A stretch of DNA of 39,385 nt from a virus (IMGVR_UViG_3300012987_000003:1-39385); one strand, 5' to 3'; shown: positions 24,677 to 35,262, numbered from the stretch's first letter. Notes: a model not told the origin generated them from the letters alone. Made by a program: numbers and translations.

Positions 24677-26848
24677 ATGAAGCTAAAAATCTACAGTTAC
24701 ACCAACCGAACAGGGTCACAAGATACCACAATCAACGATGGTACGCATTACAACGTGCGCATGGAGAATGACAGCATCACCGCCGAGGGGTCGGCTATGC
24801 GTTCGCAGCGCGGCGACGGACAAAGCGAAACGCTAACGGGCGTGCGCGTCAAGGGGCGTGAGCTTATTATCCGCTTTCAAATTTTGGGCGCAACGGTTGG
24901 CGACGGTTTCGATTTTCTGGGCGGCTTGTTTGATCCGAGCGACACGTCGCAGAAAACACTGGTTTTTAAAGACCTAAACGATAGTAGCGAGCAATGGTCA
25001 CTTACCGGACGCAACGGAGGAGTAAAGGAGCCAGTATTCAACGTTGTTGAAGTCAAGTTTATTTGCAATTCCCCGACTTTGCAGCAAGTAACCCAGCAGG
25101 TCGAAAGCGCCTGGAGCATCACCGCCAGCGGACAGACGCAAGCCTTCACCATCGACTTTGGAAATGTTGACGCGCTGCCGACTTATGAAGTCACCCCAAC
25201 GGCAGACCGGGGATACGGGCAGCGTTATTTTAGACTTTGCACATCCTTTAATTACACTCGCCTGGCTGCTACCCGCTACCATGTTGATATAACCAACGGC
25301 GGACTAAATACGGCTGCGCTTATAAATTTCACATCCATATCCCTGCTTATAAATCAGGTCGGCGGCATCGATAACGCGGTGACAACCATCCCGTACGATA
25401 CACCAACCGGGGCAATGCCAACCGTTTTTCCATACATGCTCTATTGTGGCACTGAGCAGATGCGCGTCACGGCTCGCACTGGGTCAAGTTCGGGAAATCT
25501 GACGGTCGTAAGGGGAATTAATAATACGACACCGGCTTCCCACGCAGATAATGCTTCTATGGCATTATCCAAGATGGCGGCCGACGGTCGAGACGTGCGC
25601 GTGCTGGTTGCAGATGGTAATGCCAACATTTCGGAAGCGCCCTACTGGTTCGGCGACAGTGGTACCGCCGTCATCAACAACACCGCGACAAAGATATGGG
25701 TACCGCTCAATTATGCAGCGCGGGCGTTCGGTACTCTTGCCAGCGCGATAACAAACGCGGACACATCTCTTACCTTGGATACGTCCGAAGGCTATATTGA
25801 CGCAACTTATGGCCTGTTCCTAATTGAGAGCGAGATTGTTTCATATACGTCTTACAGGGCGTCAAACAAAACCGCGCTGGAGCTTTCTCGTGGTGAAATT
25901 GGGTCGGCAGCAGACTCGCACGCAGCGGGCGTTACGGTGCGTGCTATCAATGACATCCGCCTTTACTATGGCAGCGCGAACGCAACCGCGCCAGCTTACT
26001 CGGATGCACTGAAACCGTCTTTTGATCTTGGCTCCAGCACGAATGCGTCGTGGGTGTATACAACGTTTGCGTCCGCCATCCAGAACACGATCAACGAATG
26101 GAAGGCTACAAAAACAGGCGTGCGGACGATTGTTTATTCGTCTGACCACGATCTGAACGGCATCTCTCAGGTTGATCCAGTTGTAGAGCTCGGTGTATCA
26201 ACGGTAAACAGAGCAGAGCTCGCGCAGTGGGGGCTGCATGTCCCGTTTGGCTATACAGCCGCAGTGTTTACGAACAACGATAGATACAATCTACCAACCA
26301 ACACTGGATTCCTAAAAGCCAGTGACGGAACGCAGGTAGCGGTAGCAAGGACGACCGTTGCAAACACATGGCAAACTACTGCGACCCAAACGCTTACACC
26401 TGCCGCAACGTCATTCGACCTGACATACTACATCAAAAACACGACTACTGCAAATTTCGTCACACGCGCCGCAATGAACGTTGCAGGCGTAACCGTGACA
26501 CTCTCAACGGCAAACTCTGCCTTGGCTGGGCGTCCGTCCGTTGCGCTCGGCGCAGAGCAGAATGTAACCTATGACATGGACATGGTGCTGGCGAATACAA
26601 CAACGGGCGATAGCATCCATGTCGTTGTTGACAATATCCCCATCGGCACGCCAGTAATCATCAACACCCGTCTGCGCATGGTAACGCTTCTGAATCGGCG
26701 TATTGATAACGCCATCCGAGCATGGCCCCCGCGTGAGCATATCCTAAAGATGATACCCGGCTCCAATACCCTGTCATACACGGAATTAGGCGCAACGGGT
26801 GTCTCTATTGTCGTCAAATGGTTCGGGCGCAATAATGCGCTCGGATAG
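24677..26848 (+). CDS. Distal tail (Dit)-like protein with large insertions
   Basis: RELIIRF near the N-terminus and MIPGSNTLSY...VKW at the C-terminus; follows the tape measure. Confidence 0.7.
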   Translation: MKLKIYSYTNRTGSQDTTINDGTHYNVRMENDSITAEGSAMRSQRGDGQSETLTGVRVKGRELIIRFQILGATVGDGFDFLGGLFDPSDTSQKTLVFKDLNDSSEQWSLTGRNGGVKEPVFNVVEVKFICNSPTLQQVTQQVESAWSITASGQTQAFTIDFGNVDALPTYEVTPTADRGYGQRYFRLCTSFNYTRLAATRYHVDITNGGLNTAALINFTSISLLINQVGGIDNAVTTIPYDTPTGAMPTVFPYMLYCGTEQMRVTARTGSSSGNLTVVRGINNTTPASHADNASMALSKMAADGRDVRVLVADGNANISEAPYWFGDSGTAVINNTATKIWVPLNYAARAFGTLASAITNADTSLTLDTSEGYIDATYGLFLIESEIVSYTSYRASNKTALELSRGEIGSAADSHAAGVTVRAINDIRLYYGSANATAPAYSDALKPSFDLGSSTNASWVYTTFASAIQNTINEWKATKTGVRTIVYSSDHDLNGISQVDPVVELGVSTVNRAELAQWGLHVPFGYTAAVFTNNDRYNLPTNTGFLKASDGTQVAVARTTVANTWQTTATQTLTPAATSFDLTYYIKNTTTANFVTRAAMNVAGVTVTLSTANSALAGRPSVALGAEQNVTYDMDMVLANTTTGDSIHVVVDNIPIGTPVIINTRLRMVTLLNRRIDNAIRAWPPREHILKMIPGSNTLSYTELGATGVSIVVKWFGRNNALG

Positions 26849-26850
26849 CC

Positions 26851-27927
26851 ATGATTGACAATGTATTTGTATTCGATAACGCAGGAGTAAAGATCGACGA
26901 CCTAACGGGCCTCGTGTCTGTTCAGCGCACCGAAAAGTTATCTTACACCATCGAAGCCGCCCGCTCTGCGATGACGATTACTGCAACGGAAAGCAAAGCC
27001 AATTCGCGGACGTTGCGCACCGGAAATATCGTTCTGGTGAAAAACTCAGAAGGCACAATCAAGCCGCTTTCTGGCGTGATATGGCCTTCCGATCCAAACG
27101 GATACGAGCTAAAGAACGGCGAATACCGCATTCCACTGCGCTCGTACGAATGGATTCTCGATAAGCGGTTTACCAATGGGCAGGAGATTTACAGGGGTTC
27201 CCCTGGTGAACAATTCATTTTTTTACTCGCGGCTGCTCGACGACAAGGATACCTGCCGATCAGCACGGATACAACCTACATTCAGCGCATGGGTGAGCGC
27301 GTCAGCAAAGAATACAACGCTGCGCCGATTTATCAGACAATCAACAAGCTTGCCAGCGATAACAGCTTTTACTGGTGGTTGTCACCGCTTGAAGACCCGA
27401 TAACGGGCTTGCTGGAGCTTACTCCGTACTGGCGCGTGAAGCGGTCAAAGAAGTTCGCCACGCAGTTGTCTTGCGGCGGGGAAGCTCCCAATCTAACCGT
27501 GCGCAGCATTTACGAAGCAGGCGAGATTGTCAACCACGTAAAGGTGTACCCGGCTGGCGATTCGTGGTCTAAGCGCATACCTTACGAACGCAAAGATTAC
27601 GCCAGTATCGGGTACTACAGACAGGTTTACAGCAAATCGATTGACGCCCCGGACGAAACAACGATAGCAGGGTTGCGGGCCATTGCACTCGACACGCTGA
27701 ATAAATATGCGTTTACGCTCTTGCGGATCGAAGGCGTAATCAATTCAGCCCCATACCCGCAGGTAGGTGATATTTGCCCAGTTGTGCTCCCTGCCAATAT
27801 CGGCATGATGGCAGATAGGCGCGGAACGATCATCGACATGCAGGTTGAGCAAGTTGTAATCACACCACAAGACAATTCGTATGTTGTGAAGCTACAGGAA
27901 ACTTATGACACCGACGACTCCGTATGA
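26851..27927 (+). CDS. Tail hub/Tal-like minor tail protein
   Basis: IVNHVKV and PQVGDICPV motifs; synteny. Confidence 0.7.
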   Translation: MIDNVFVFDNAGVKIDDLTGLVSVQRTEKLSYTIEAARSAMTITATESKANSRTLRTGNIVLVKNSEGTIKPLSGVIWPSDPNGYELKNGEYRIPLRSYEWILDKRFTNGQEIYRGSPGEQFIFLLAAARRQGYLPISTDTTYIQRMGERVSKEYNAAPIYQTINKLASDNSFYWWLSPLEDPITGLLELTPYWRVKRSKKFATQLSCGGEAPNLTVRSIYEAGEIVNHVKVYPAGDSWSKRIPYERKDYASIGYYRQVYSKSIDAPDETTIAGLRAIALDTLNKYAFTLLRIEGVINSAPYPQVGDICPVVLPANIGMMADRRGTIIDMQVEQVVITPQDNSYVVKLQETYDTDDSV

Positions 27928-30900
27928 TGACCCGTATAAAATACTAGCCGAAGATAATCAAATCGTAAACGCTGTGCGCGATTTGATTAGGCGGTCAAAC
28001 GTGTCAAAGGGCGAGTCGGCTGGTGAAGAAGACAGCGAAGACAGCCTGAATGTCAACAATGATCTGCGTAGCCTGGCGTATAACGCGATTCTTACGAGTT
28101 CGGGCGACACTCTGACCCTATCCCCCGTAAGCAGTGGGGTCATGCCGCTTTACGGTGACGACGGCGACGGGTGGAGTAGGCCAACTCTGAAAGCCGACAT
28201 TACGCTGGATACAACCGGCTACACCAACGGAATGCTGTACGATGTTTTTTATTTCTCGGATCAATCACAAGACGACCCGACACTTGCGTTTTATACCGTA
28301 ATATGGGCAAGCGACACGGTGCGCACCGCAACCCTGACACTCCAAGACGGCGTTCCGCTTCTCGAATCGGACACACATTACCGCTACCTGACCACCGGTC
28401 GCTATAACGGTTCGTGCTTGCTCGTTCCGAGTACAGACGAGTCTGGTACGTGGCTGTGGGGTACTGGAGATAAGCAATTCCCAACTGGCAGCGACCCCGT
28501 AACCGGCACGCTGATAAATCAGAGTGGTTTGCATGGATATAGCGCTGGGGTACTCAAAACAGAGCTAAACTCTATTACAGGTCTATTGCGGGCGGTTGAT
28601 GCCTACATCGAAGGCGAAGTACATATCGGTGCTGATTCCGACGCGGGCGGGTGGTCAATAGATGCAACCAGCCTTTATAGTGCGCACGCTGTATTGAGCA
28701 GCGCGGGTGAATATATTTCATTGGGAGATACGCCGCCGACTTCATACAGCGACAATGTTGGCGCATTTCTGGAAGGTGCGAACGGCGGACGGTTGTCTCT
28801 GTACAAAGATGCTGACAACTACCTGAAATGGGATAACTCAAAACTACTTATTAAAACCGAAGGTGTGACCGTTGCTGGAGATGGGCTGCTAGTAGCCAAC
28901 AATCCAACCATCTCGATTGCATCCGGGGCAGTAACAGCGGATTCTGGCGGTCTGCACGTGTTGATGCCGTCCACCGCGCCGGACGCAACACGATCGTATA
29001 AATTTGACAGTGCCGATTTTTCGGTGAATTACGGCGGCATTGAAGGATGGATTACCGACACGGTAAATACCATCCGGCCTATCGCTAAAGCTACGCCAGG
29101 ATTAGATAGCCTACTCAACATGTCGGCCGTTAGCGACCTGACTTACAACGCTAAAATACTGTTCGGCGTTGACGATGGATCAGGGGCTTTCCCGCAACCG
29201 TCAATGGAAATATCGTCTAGCAATGGATCGGCGCTGATGAACGTCGTCGGCATTGGCAGTGTGGGATATTACTACACTGGAGATTTTGGGTTAAATGGCG
29301 CTTCTGCCACTCTAAGCCTGACGGGGGATTACGAGCTTGATAGCGCTAATGTAATCGTAAGTCCTGCCAGCGGCGGGATAGTGTTGTTCAACAACCCGCA
29401 TCGAAATGTTGATTTTGCGGTGTACGGGCAGTCCAACGCCAACCCCGTACTATATGTTGACGCATCAACAAAACGTTTTGGTATTGGCACAGATTCGCCT
29501 AGCGTAAAACTTGACGTGATTGGGCAGGTTCGCGCTGAAACAGGTTTCGACGCAAATAGCAGCGCGATTGTCAACGTGCTTGACCCAACCAGCCCGCAGG
29601 ATGCGGCCACAAAGGCCTATGCTGACGCGCTCGTCGTCGGTCTCTGGGATGATCGTGGCAACTTCGACGCCAGTGTAAATGCCTACCCGTCTTCTGGTGG
29701 ATCTGGCGCAGCAGGCGCGATTCTAAAAGGGGATATCTGGACTGTTTCCGTAGCGGGTACTCTTCCGACTTCGCAGGGTGTTGAAGTCGGAGATACCGTT
29801 CGGGCGCTGATAAATACCCCCGGAAATACGCAGGCGAATTGGGCTATACAGCAAAACAATATAATGCTTCCGGTTTCGTCAGTTAATGGCGGCACGGGCA
29901 ACAACAACTCAGTCGGCCTGCTCCTGACCACAAATCAGGGCACACTTTCGTTTGGCGCAGCCAGCAAGACGCTGGCCGTGAACAAGTCACTGACACTTGA
30001 CGGCACAGACGGCAAGAATCTTACCCTGACTGGCTCCCTATCGGTTGGGGCAGACACATCAATTACAGGCGGCGGCGCAATTGCTCTGGGCGGGTTTACT
30101 GCCGCGTTTGGCGGCGACATTGGATTTCCTGCGGCTGGCGCGATTGGTGACTTGCTGTACGGATCGTCCACAACGGCATTTAGTCGGCTGGCTGATGTTG
30201 CTGCTGGTCAGCCTTTAATTTCCGGCGGCGTAGGTACTGCGTTCTCCTGGGCGGGATACACGTTTTCGGCAACGGCTGCAAAGACGTATACATTTCCAGT
30301 AAATAGCGCAACCTTGCCGGGGCTGGGTGAGTTGAATGTATTTTCTGTTTTGAATACATTTACAAACCTGAAATTATCAACTGGCCTAGTCTACCCGTCA
30401 TCTGACTCAACAACAGCGCTACGAATTACAAAAGCCGACGCAACAACGTCAGTAATGACATTCGACACAACCAATATCTTTACTGGCATCGGGGCGGGTA
30501 CGCCAACGGCTAAATTAAATATCTTCGGCGGCGGAAGAGATACATCCCTATACATTAAAAATTTACAACCAGGGGTATACTTTGAGCAAACCGGCACCAC
30601 GCCCGCTGACACAAAGTGGAATATATTCCCTCACTCCGCTACAGGGTCGTTTTGCGTTTATGAAGAAACCACATCTCTATCTGGTTATAGATTTGCGATA
30701 AATCCAGCAGGAGAAATAGGTCTCGGCGGATCAATAACCAACACGAGTACCATGGCGGGCGCTACGTTTGTTGTAAAAAGCACGGGATTCGGCATTGGGA
30801 CATCTTCCCCAACTAACACCAGTTTGGAAATAAATAGAGCAATATCGGCAGGGAATTTCAATGGCGGTGTTTCCAGCATCGCTCTGAGTAGTTCTGCTGA

Positions 30901-31648
30901 CTCTGATAAAATCCTGGCGTTTGGCTTTGAAACAGATAACAACTACGGCTTTATCCAGACAATCGAAAGAAGCCCCCTAGCCTTCGGTACCTACCATCTC
31001 GCGTTACAACCTAAAGGCGGAAAAGTTGGAGTAGGGACGGCAAGCCCATCGGCGCTGGTGGATGTAGTTGGATCGGCAGATGTCCAGCAGTTGACAGCAA
31101 AAGGCCACACCACCCAAGCGGTCGGGACTCCAATAGCACAATTCACCCGCAACGACACGGCAGCAGGGGTATCTTCTATGCTAGGTCTGACGGCGCTCGG
31201 CGGCGGCGCGGCTGGTGATGGCGGCTCAGTTGGTATGTTTGGAAAATCGTCCACGACGGCGGCACAAAGCATGGCCCTGATAGATTGGCGCTGGATCACG
31301 GCTACACATGCCAGCCGCGCCGCTGCGCTTCGATTGTACGCGTACGACACAGCCGCTCGACTGGGGATTGAGATCGAAGCCAGTGGCAGCGCTGCGAAAC
31401 TCGCATTTTATGGTGGTGTCACAGCTGCACGCGGCGCGGCGCTGACCGCTCAACTTACCACCATCACCCACACCGCACCTGGCACACCAGACTATGCCAT
31501 TCAGGATTTTACGCAAACTAGCCCCTGGGGCTTTGCGGATCACGACGAAGCCAACAGCGTCTTGAAGGTAATTGCCAATTTACAAACGCGGGTTGCTGAG
31601 TTGGAGGCGCGTCTTGGAAGTGCAACCGGCGTCAACTTATTCGCTTAG
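27905..31648 (+). CDS. Tail fibre / receptor-binding protein
   Basis: 1247 aa, Gly/Ser/Thr-rich; repeated GIGT.SP...L.V units; PTSPQDAATKAYAD motif; C-terminal coiled coil. Confidence 0.85.
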   Translation: MTPTTPYDDPYKILAEDNQIVNAVRDLIRRSNVSKGESAGEEDSEDSLNVNNDLRSLAYNAILTSSGDTLTLSPVSSGVMPLYGDDGDGWSRPTLKADITLDTTGYTNGMLYDVFYFSDQSQDDPTLAFYTVIWASDTVRTATLTLQDGVPLLESDTHYRYLTTGRYNGSCLLVPSTDESGTWLWGTGDKQFPTGSDPVTGTLINQSGLHGYSAGVLKTELNSITGLLRAVDAYIEGEVHIGADSDAGGWSIDATSLYSAHAVLSSAGEYISLGDTPPTSYSDNVGAFLEGANGGRLSLYKDADNYLKWDNSKLLIKTEGVTVAGDGLLVANNPTISIASGAVTADSGGLHVLMPSTAPDATRSYKFDSADFSVNYGGIEGWITDTVNTIRPIAKATPGLDSLLNMSAVSDLTYNAKILFGVDDGSGAFPQPSMEISSSNGSALMNVVGIGSVGYYYTGDFGLNGASATLSLTGDYELDSANVIVSPASGGIVLFNNPHRNVDFAVYGQSNANPVLYVDASTKRFGIGTDSPSVKLDVIGQVRAETGFDANSSAIVNVLDPTSPQDAATKAYADALVVGLWDDRGNFDASVNAYPSSGGSGAAGAILKGDIWTVSVAGTLPTSQGVEVGDTVRALINTPGNTQANWAIQQNNIMLPVSSVNGGTGNNNSVGLLLTTNQGTLSFGAASKTLAVNKSLTLDGTDGKNLTLTGSLSVGADTSITGGGAIALGGFTAAFGGDIGFPAAGAIGDLLYGSSTTAFSRLADVAAGQPLISGGVGTAFSWAGYTFSATAAKTYTFPVNSATLPGLGELNVFSVLNTFTNLKLSTGLVYPSSDSTTALRITKADATTSVMTFDTTNIFTGIGAGTPTAKLNIFGGGRDTSLYIKNLQPGVYFEQTGTTPADTKWNIFPHSATGSFCVYEETTSLSGYRFAINPAGEIGLGGSITNTSTMAGATFVVKSTGFGIGTSSPTNTSLEINRAISAGNFNGGVSSIALSSSADSDKILAFGFETDNNYGFIQTIERSPLAFGTYHLALQPKGGKVGVGTASPSALVDVVGSADVQQLTAKGHTTQAVGTPIAQFTRNDTAAGVSSMLGLTALGGGAAGDGGSVGMFGKSSTTAAQSMALIDWRWITATHASRAAALRLYAYDTAARLGIEIEASGSAAKLAFYGGVTAARGAALTAQLTTITHTAPGTPDYAIQDFTQTSPWGFADHDEANSVLKVIANLQTRVAELEARLGSATGVNLFA

Positions 31649-31680
31649 TTTCAGTCTATTTTCCATAAGGAGATTATAAA

Positions 31681-31944
31681 ATGACAGCAGAAACAGATCG
31701 ACACTCAGATTATATGTCAGAAGTCCGAAGCAGAATCAAAGAAATACATGCGCAATCTATCGCACTCGCTGCCATGCAGACGCAGTGGAATGAAGGCGGC
31801 TATGGTGACAATTTGTCCGATGGAGTTGGCGCAAACGAAGGTATTACAAAGTCGGATGTTGGCCCCATTGTTTTTGATGTAGCAAATGCGCTGGTCGCTA
31901 TTTTGACAGGTGGCAACGGGGCTGCAATAGAAAAAATGTTATAA
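31681..31944 (+). CDS. Hypothetical protein
   Basis: AAGGAG RBS. Confidence 0.7.
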   Translation: MTAETDRHSDYMSEVRSRIKEIHAQSIALAAMQTQWNEGGYGDNLSDGVGANEGITKSDVGPIVFDVANALVAILTGGNGAAIEKML

Positions 31945-31964
31945 TTCCAGCAAGGAGAAACAAC

Positions 31965-32195
31965 ATGACAATCGACAAGAAAAAATCAACGTCTGACACA
32001 GCGACCGCAGATAGTGTCTTTATTGAAAAAACAAAAGGCCGCATCGATGAACTGAAAGCGGAGTTTGGCGCGGGACAAAAGATGTTGACGGAGATGGACA
32101 CCAAGCATAAAGAGCTTGAAGCGACCATGTTACGCATCAGCGGTGCTATTCAAATTCTCGAAGAGATTATTGCGCCGCACTCGCCCAACGCTTAG
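31965..32195 (+). CDS. Small coiled-coil protein
   Basis: AAGGAG RBS; LRISGAIQILEE motif, common after fibre genes. Confidence 0.75.
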   Translation: MTIDKKKSTSDTATADSVFIEKTKGRIDELKAEFGAGQKMLTEMDTKHKELEATMLRISGAIQILEEIIAPHSPNA

Positions 32196-32227
32196 TACGA
32201 AATTGACATATCAATAAAGTCTAACTA

Positions 32228-32491
32228 ATGGAATTTCCAGATGCTATGATGCTCTCTCTTGTTCTCGCCAATGCTGGATTGGCTCTTTTTATCATGGCGA
32301 AATCCCGCTTCAAGAAATTTCGTAGTCTTATCGGTATGACGATAATGTTTCTCACTCTTTCGCTGCGATACACAATCCCACAGACGGCGCGCATTTTAGA
32401 CGGTGTTGGGCCGTACATCAATGCGGTATTTTATCTGACGATAGCCGCTCACCTATTAGCCATGATAATGCGGGGCGGACATGACGCTTGA
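32228..32491 (+). CDS. Membrane protein (3 TM), holin candidate
   Basis: Three hydrophobic segments; lysis-module position. Confidence 0.6.
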   Translation: MEFPDAMMLSLVLANAGLALFIMAKSRFKKFRSLIGMTIMFLTLSLRYTIPQTARILDGVGPYINAVFYLTIAAHLLAMIMRGGHDA

Positions 32492-32843
32492 CGAATTGAT
32501 AAAGTTTCTTACGGCGGCTGGATCGGTACTTGGTATTCTGTCCGCGCTGTTCATCGCCATTAACGCACTTCGCGGACAAAAGCCGAAGATGCTCTTAGAC
32601 GGTAGCGCGGCGGCGGAAAACTTTCAGGAAATCATTATCAAGATGCAGGCCGAAATGGACGTCTTGAAAAATAAAGTTGATGGCAAGCAGTTGACCATGA
32701 ATCTTGATATAACTGTTGAGATTGATAAACTCCCCACCGTCAGCGTGAATAGTTATACGTGGGCCAATAAAAACGATGCGCAGAACGCGCTAACCATCCC
32801 GCACAAATCAGGCGCAGGTTTTGGAGGAATGAGACGAAAATGA
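32481..32843 (+). CDS. Membrane protein (1 TM plus coiled coil)
   Basis: N-terminal TM then heptads. Confidence 0.6.
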   Translation: MTLDELIKFLTAAGSVLGILSALFIAINALRGQKPKMLLDGSAAAENFQEIIIKMQAEMDVLKNKVDGKQLTMNLDITVEIDKLPTVSVNSYTWANKNDAQNALTIPHKSGAGFGGMRRK

Positions 32844-33148
32844 GACAATTATTCTACTTTCTATCCGCAATGATAGGCGGCTTATTGCTGCACCAGACAG
32901 CCAGCGTAGTACTAAAAATGCCGAAGGGATGGCAGCATTTGGCCGGGCCGACAATCGGCGTAGAGGGCGCGTTTCCATTCTACGTCATGTTTCTAAAGCG
33001 CATGGAGTTCGACAAAGATACCATCTTCAAAGCGTCTCTTGCCTATCAAGTTGTATTTCTGTGCATAGGCCTGGGCGTGGCGTTTGGCTGGATGCTGGAT
33101 ACGCTATTCGGCGTTGACCGCATGGCGAAAGACGGCGAAGGTAAATAG
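32840..33148 (+). CDS. Membrane protein (2-3 TM)
   Basis: Hydrophobic segments; GGAGG RBS. Confidence 0.6.
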   Translation: MRQLFYFLSAMIGGLLLHQTASVVLKMPKGWQHLAGPTIGVEGAFPFYVMFLKRMEFDKDTIFKASLAYQVVFLCIGLGVAFGWMLDTLFGVDRMAKDGEGK

Positions 33149-33226
33149 ATTGTCACCGGCTGCTCCTCGCAAACCGCGCAATGCAACTGGATCGGCGTCT
33201 GATTCGGGTACATCCGTAACAGACGC

Positions 33227-33264
33227 AAAAACAGCCGCCTTTTTATCTGGCGGCTGTTTCGTTT
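33227..33264. terminator. Bidirectional terminator between the convergent arms
   Basis: aaacagccgcc/ggcggctgttt stem flanked by A and T tracts. Confidence 0.8.
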
Positions 33265-33487
33265 ACTCGTGGTCTGGTTCGTCGGGCGGCACAGCAAACG
33301 CTGCGATAGCCGCGTCCGCCTTTGATCGTTCCCCGTCTTCGTACGCGATTGCGCCGACCAGGATCATTACCAGCGCGTCGGCGGTCATAATGATGTCATG
33401 CGGAACGGTCAGGTAGTGACCTGCGATGGTCTGGGCGAGCGCCCAAACAGTGAGCCAGAATTTACGCGAGTGCAGTAGGTTGGTCAT
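33263..33487 (-). CDS. Holin-like 2-TM protein
   Basis: SRKFW N-terminal motif and AIAYED second helix; AAGGAG RBS; TATAAT at 33515-33510. Confidence 0.6.
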   Translation of the reverse strand: MTNLLHSRKFWLTVWALAQTIAGHYLTVPHDIIMTADALVMILVGAIAYEDGERSKADAAIAAFAVPPDEPDHE

Positions 33488-33515
33488 GTGATTATTTCTC
33501 CTTGGGGTAATTATA

Positions 33516-33644
33516 CTACTTCAACCCGGCGTGAATAGAGAAGCAAAGCCAACCCGCGACGATTGCGCGGCTGTTCAACATCACGTCAAAACTTGGAATA
33601 ACAAACCAGCGCCATTTCGGATGCCATCTAAATTTTATGTACAT
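33516..33644 (-). CDS. 42-aa hypothetical protein (not in the ORF track)
   Basis: TGATG coupling; MYIKFRWHPKWRWFVIPSFDVMLNSRAIVAGWLCFSIHAGLK. Confidence 0.45.
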   Translation of the reverse strand: MYIKFRWHPKWRWFVIPSFDVMLNSRAIVAGWLCFSIHAGLK

Positions 33645-34036
33645 CACTCGCCTTTCTTTGGCGCAATCTCCCGCGCCAACTCCAACATTGCCACAATCGC
33701 CGTCTCAGGTTTCGTCTTGCGCATACCGGACGCGGTGATGTAGGTGCGGACAAGAGACGCGAGTGATTGAAAGCTGCGCATACGCTCTTCTAGTGCTCCA
33801 ATATATACAGCGTTAGCCGCAAGGCTGTTTTTATATTCGCCGTCCCGACCAACCGCCTGCTTCTGCAATTCAGCCAGAGTTTCGTTGTCCGGGTGCCAAT
33901 TCTCCCACTTGTAAATCTGACGTTCCAGCGCGTTGATACGCTCCACCAGCCACCGCGCAAACTCTTCGTTGCTATCGCGCATCGGGTTGCTCAGGCTGGC
34001 GCGAAACTCAGCGCGTAATTCCGCTACTGTCTTCAT
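33644..34036 (-). CDS. Coiled-coil hypothetical protein
   Basis: AAGGAG RBS before ATG 34036. Confidence 0.65.
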   Translation of the reverse strand: MKTVAELRAEFRASLSNPMRDSNEEFARWLVERINALERQIYKWENWHPDNETLAELQKQAVGRDGEYKNSLAANAVYIGALEERMRSFQSLASLVRTYITASGMRKTKPETAIVAMLELAREIAPKKGE

Positions 34037-34314
34037 CGGTTCTCCTTCGGTTGGGATAGTCCCCAGATACACGTTTCGGCGTGCGGTTGGTCGAAAAATC
34101 GTCTGCAATGATGGCACCATCCACCACCTGCATACGGGTCACTCTCTGCAATGCGCCTTGCCAGCGCTTCCAGTTCTTCGAGCCTGGCATTTACGGCTAC
34201 CAATGCGGCCCGGCGCTTCGCGGTGGCAATATAGATCGTCGGTGAATATCCGTTATTGACGGTTGCCATCATTTCGCGCCAGATGATCGTTTGATGCTGC
34301 GTCAGCTCAGTCAT
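34033..34314 (-). CDS. Hypothetical protein (CHHC..H..C)
   Basis: Coupled ORF chain. Confidence 0.55.
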   Translation of the reverse strand: MTELTQHQTIIWREMMATVNNGYSPTIYIATAKRRAALVAVNARLEELEALARRIAESDPYAGGGWCHHCRRFFDQPHAETCIWGLSQPKENR

Positions 34315-34981
34315 TCGCGGCCTCGCTGACACTGTTTTGCGCCTTCACGCGCCAATTACGCGCCACCCGTTCATCAATGCCATACGCCGCCATTATTTCA
34401 GATGTCTTCATGCCTGCAATGAGTCTGTAGTCTTCCGCGTCAACCTGGTTCCATCGGACTTTCTCCGGCTGGTTTTCTTCCGATTTTTTACCGGAATTAT
34501 TCCGTTTTTCTTCCGGCGCATTTTCCGCGATAAGCTTGTTGCCAGTTGCCACGCCACCAATCAAGAAATACGGAATGATATTGACAAACATCGACCACAA
34601 CCACAGAAAGCCAGTATCACCCAAGACGGCGAATAGACTGCGCTCTGATACGCGGCTGACAGTAAACGGAACAAGAATACAAATACCCGCGCCCATCAAG
34701 CCGAAGACGAACAGTGTCAAAACTCTAAACTTGAACGACCACTTATCGCCAGTCTTTGGCATGACGCGCCGCCAGCCGTCGAACAAATACACCCCCCCCA
34801 GCACATCAAGAATGCCCATGCCGAGACCAGTTATGCCCATAAACGCGGTAATCCAATGCGATAAATCACCAGTAATTTGCCCCATATCGGATGCAACAAA
34901 GGCGGCTGAGTAGCGCACGACCGTAACCAATGCGGCTGACCAGATAAGCAATTGTGAATAATCGCGCTGTCTTGGCTTCAT
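34307..34981 (-). CDS. 4-TM membrane protein with C-terminal HTH (DUF2637-like architecture)
   Basis: Four hydrophobic helices, a charged linker, then KTSEIMAAYGIDERVARNWR. Confidence 0.7.
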   Translation of the reverse strand: MKPRQRDYSQLLIWSAALVTVVRYSAAFVASDMGQITGDLSHWITAFMGITGLGMGILDVLGGVYLFDGWRRVMPKTGDKWSFKFRVLTLFVFGLMGAGICILVPFTVSRVSERSLFAVLGDTGFLWLWSMFVNIIPYFLIGGVATGNKLIAENAPEEKRNNSGKKSEENQPEKVRWNQVDAEDYRLIAGMKTSEIMAAYGIDERVARNWRVKAQNSVSEAAND

Positions 34982-35262
34982 TCCTGCTCCTTCGCCGCTG
35001 TGTCGGCGGCTGTTTTTATCTTTATGCCTGGGTGTATCTGCTCCATCTCTTCTTCGGACAAATAATAGCGCAGCACCTTTTCAAAGGCGGAAACGTATTC
35101 AGCTTCACCACTCAGCCAGCAATGTCGGTATTTTCCCACCAGATCGGAAACGACAATGCGCAAGGCTTCTTCGTGCGATATTTTTACAGAAATGGAAAGC
35201 GCCCTGTCAATTGCGCGGTGCGTATCTAAAATAGAAATCAACTCTTTACCTGAAATGCTCAT
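34978..35262 (-). CDS. Hypothetical protein
   Basis: ATGA coupling on both sides. Confidence 0.6.
   Translation of the reverse strand: MSISGKELISILDTHRAIDRALSISVKISHEEALRIVVSDLVGKYRHCWLSGEAEYVSAFEKVLRYYLSEEEMEQIHPGIKIKTAADTAAKEQE

Noticed and set aside
11217-31543. Many minus-strand ORFs under the structural genes (and plus-strand ORFs under the early arm)
   Set aside because: Antisense shadows of real genes, without RBS or motifs
33149-33226. GCAAACC...GACGCAAA words resembling a c-di-GMP-I riboswitch, plus a hairpin
   Set aside because: No GNRA-capped P2 and wrong spacing; it lies 3' of genes before a terminator
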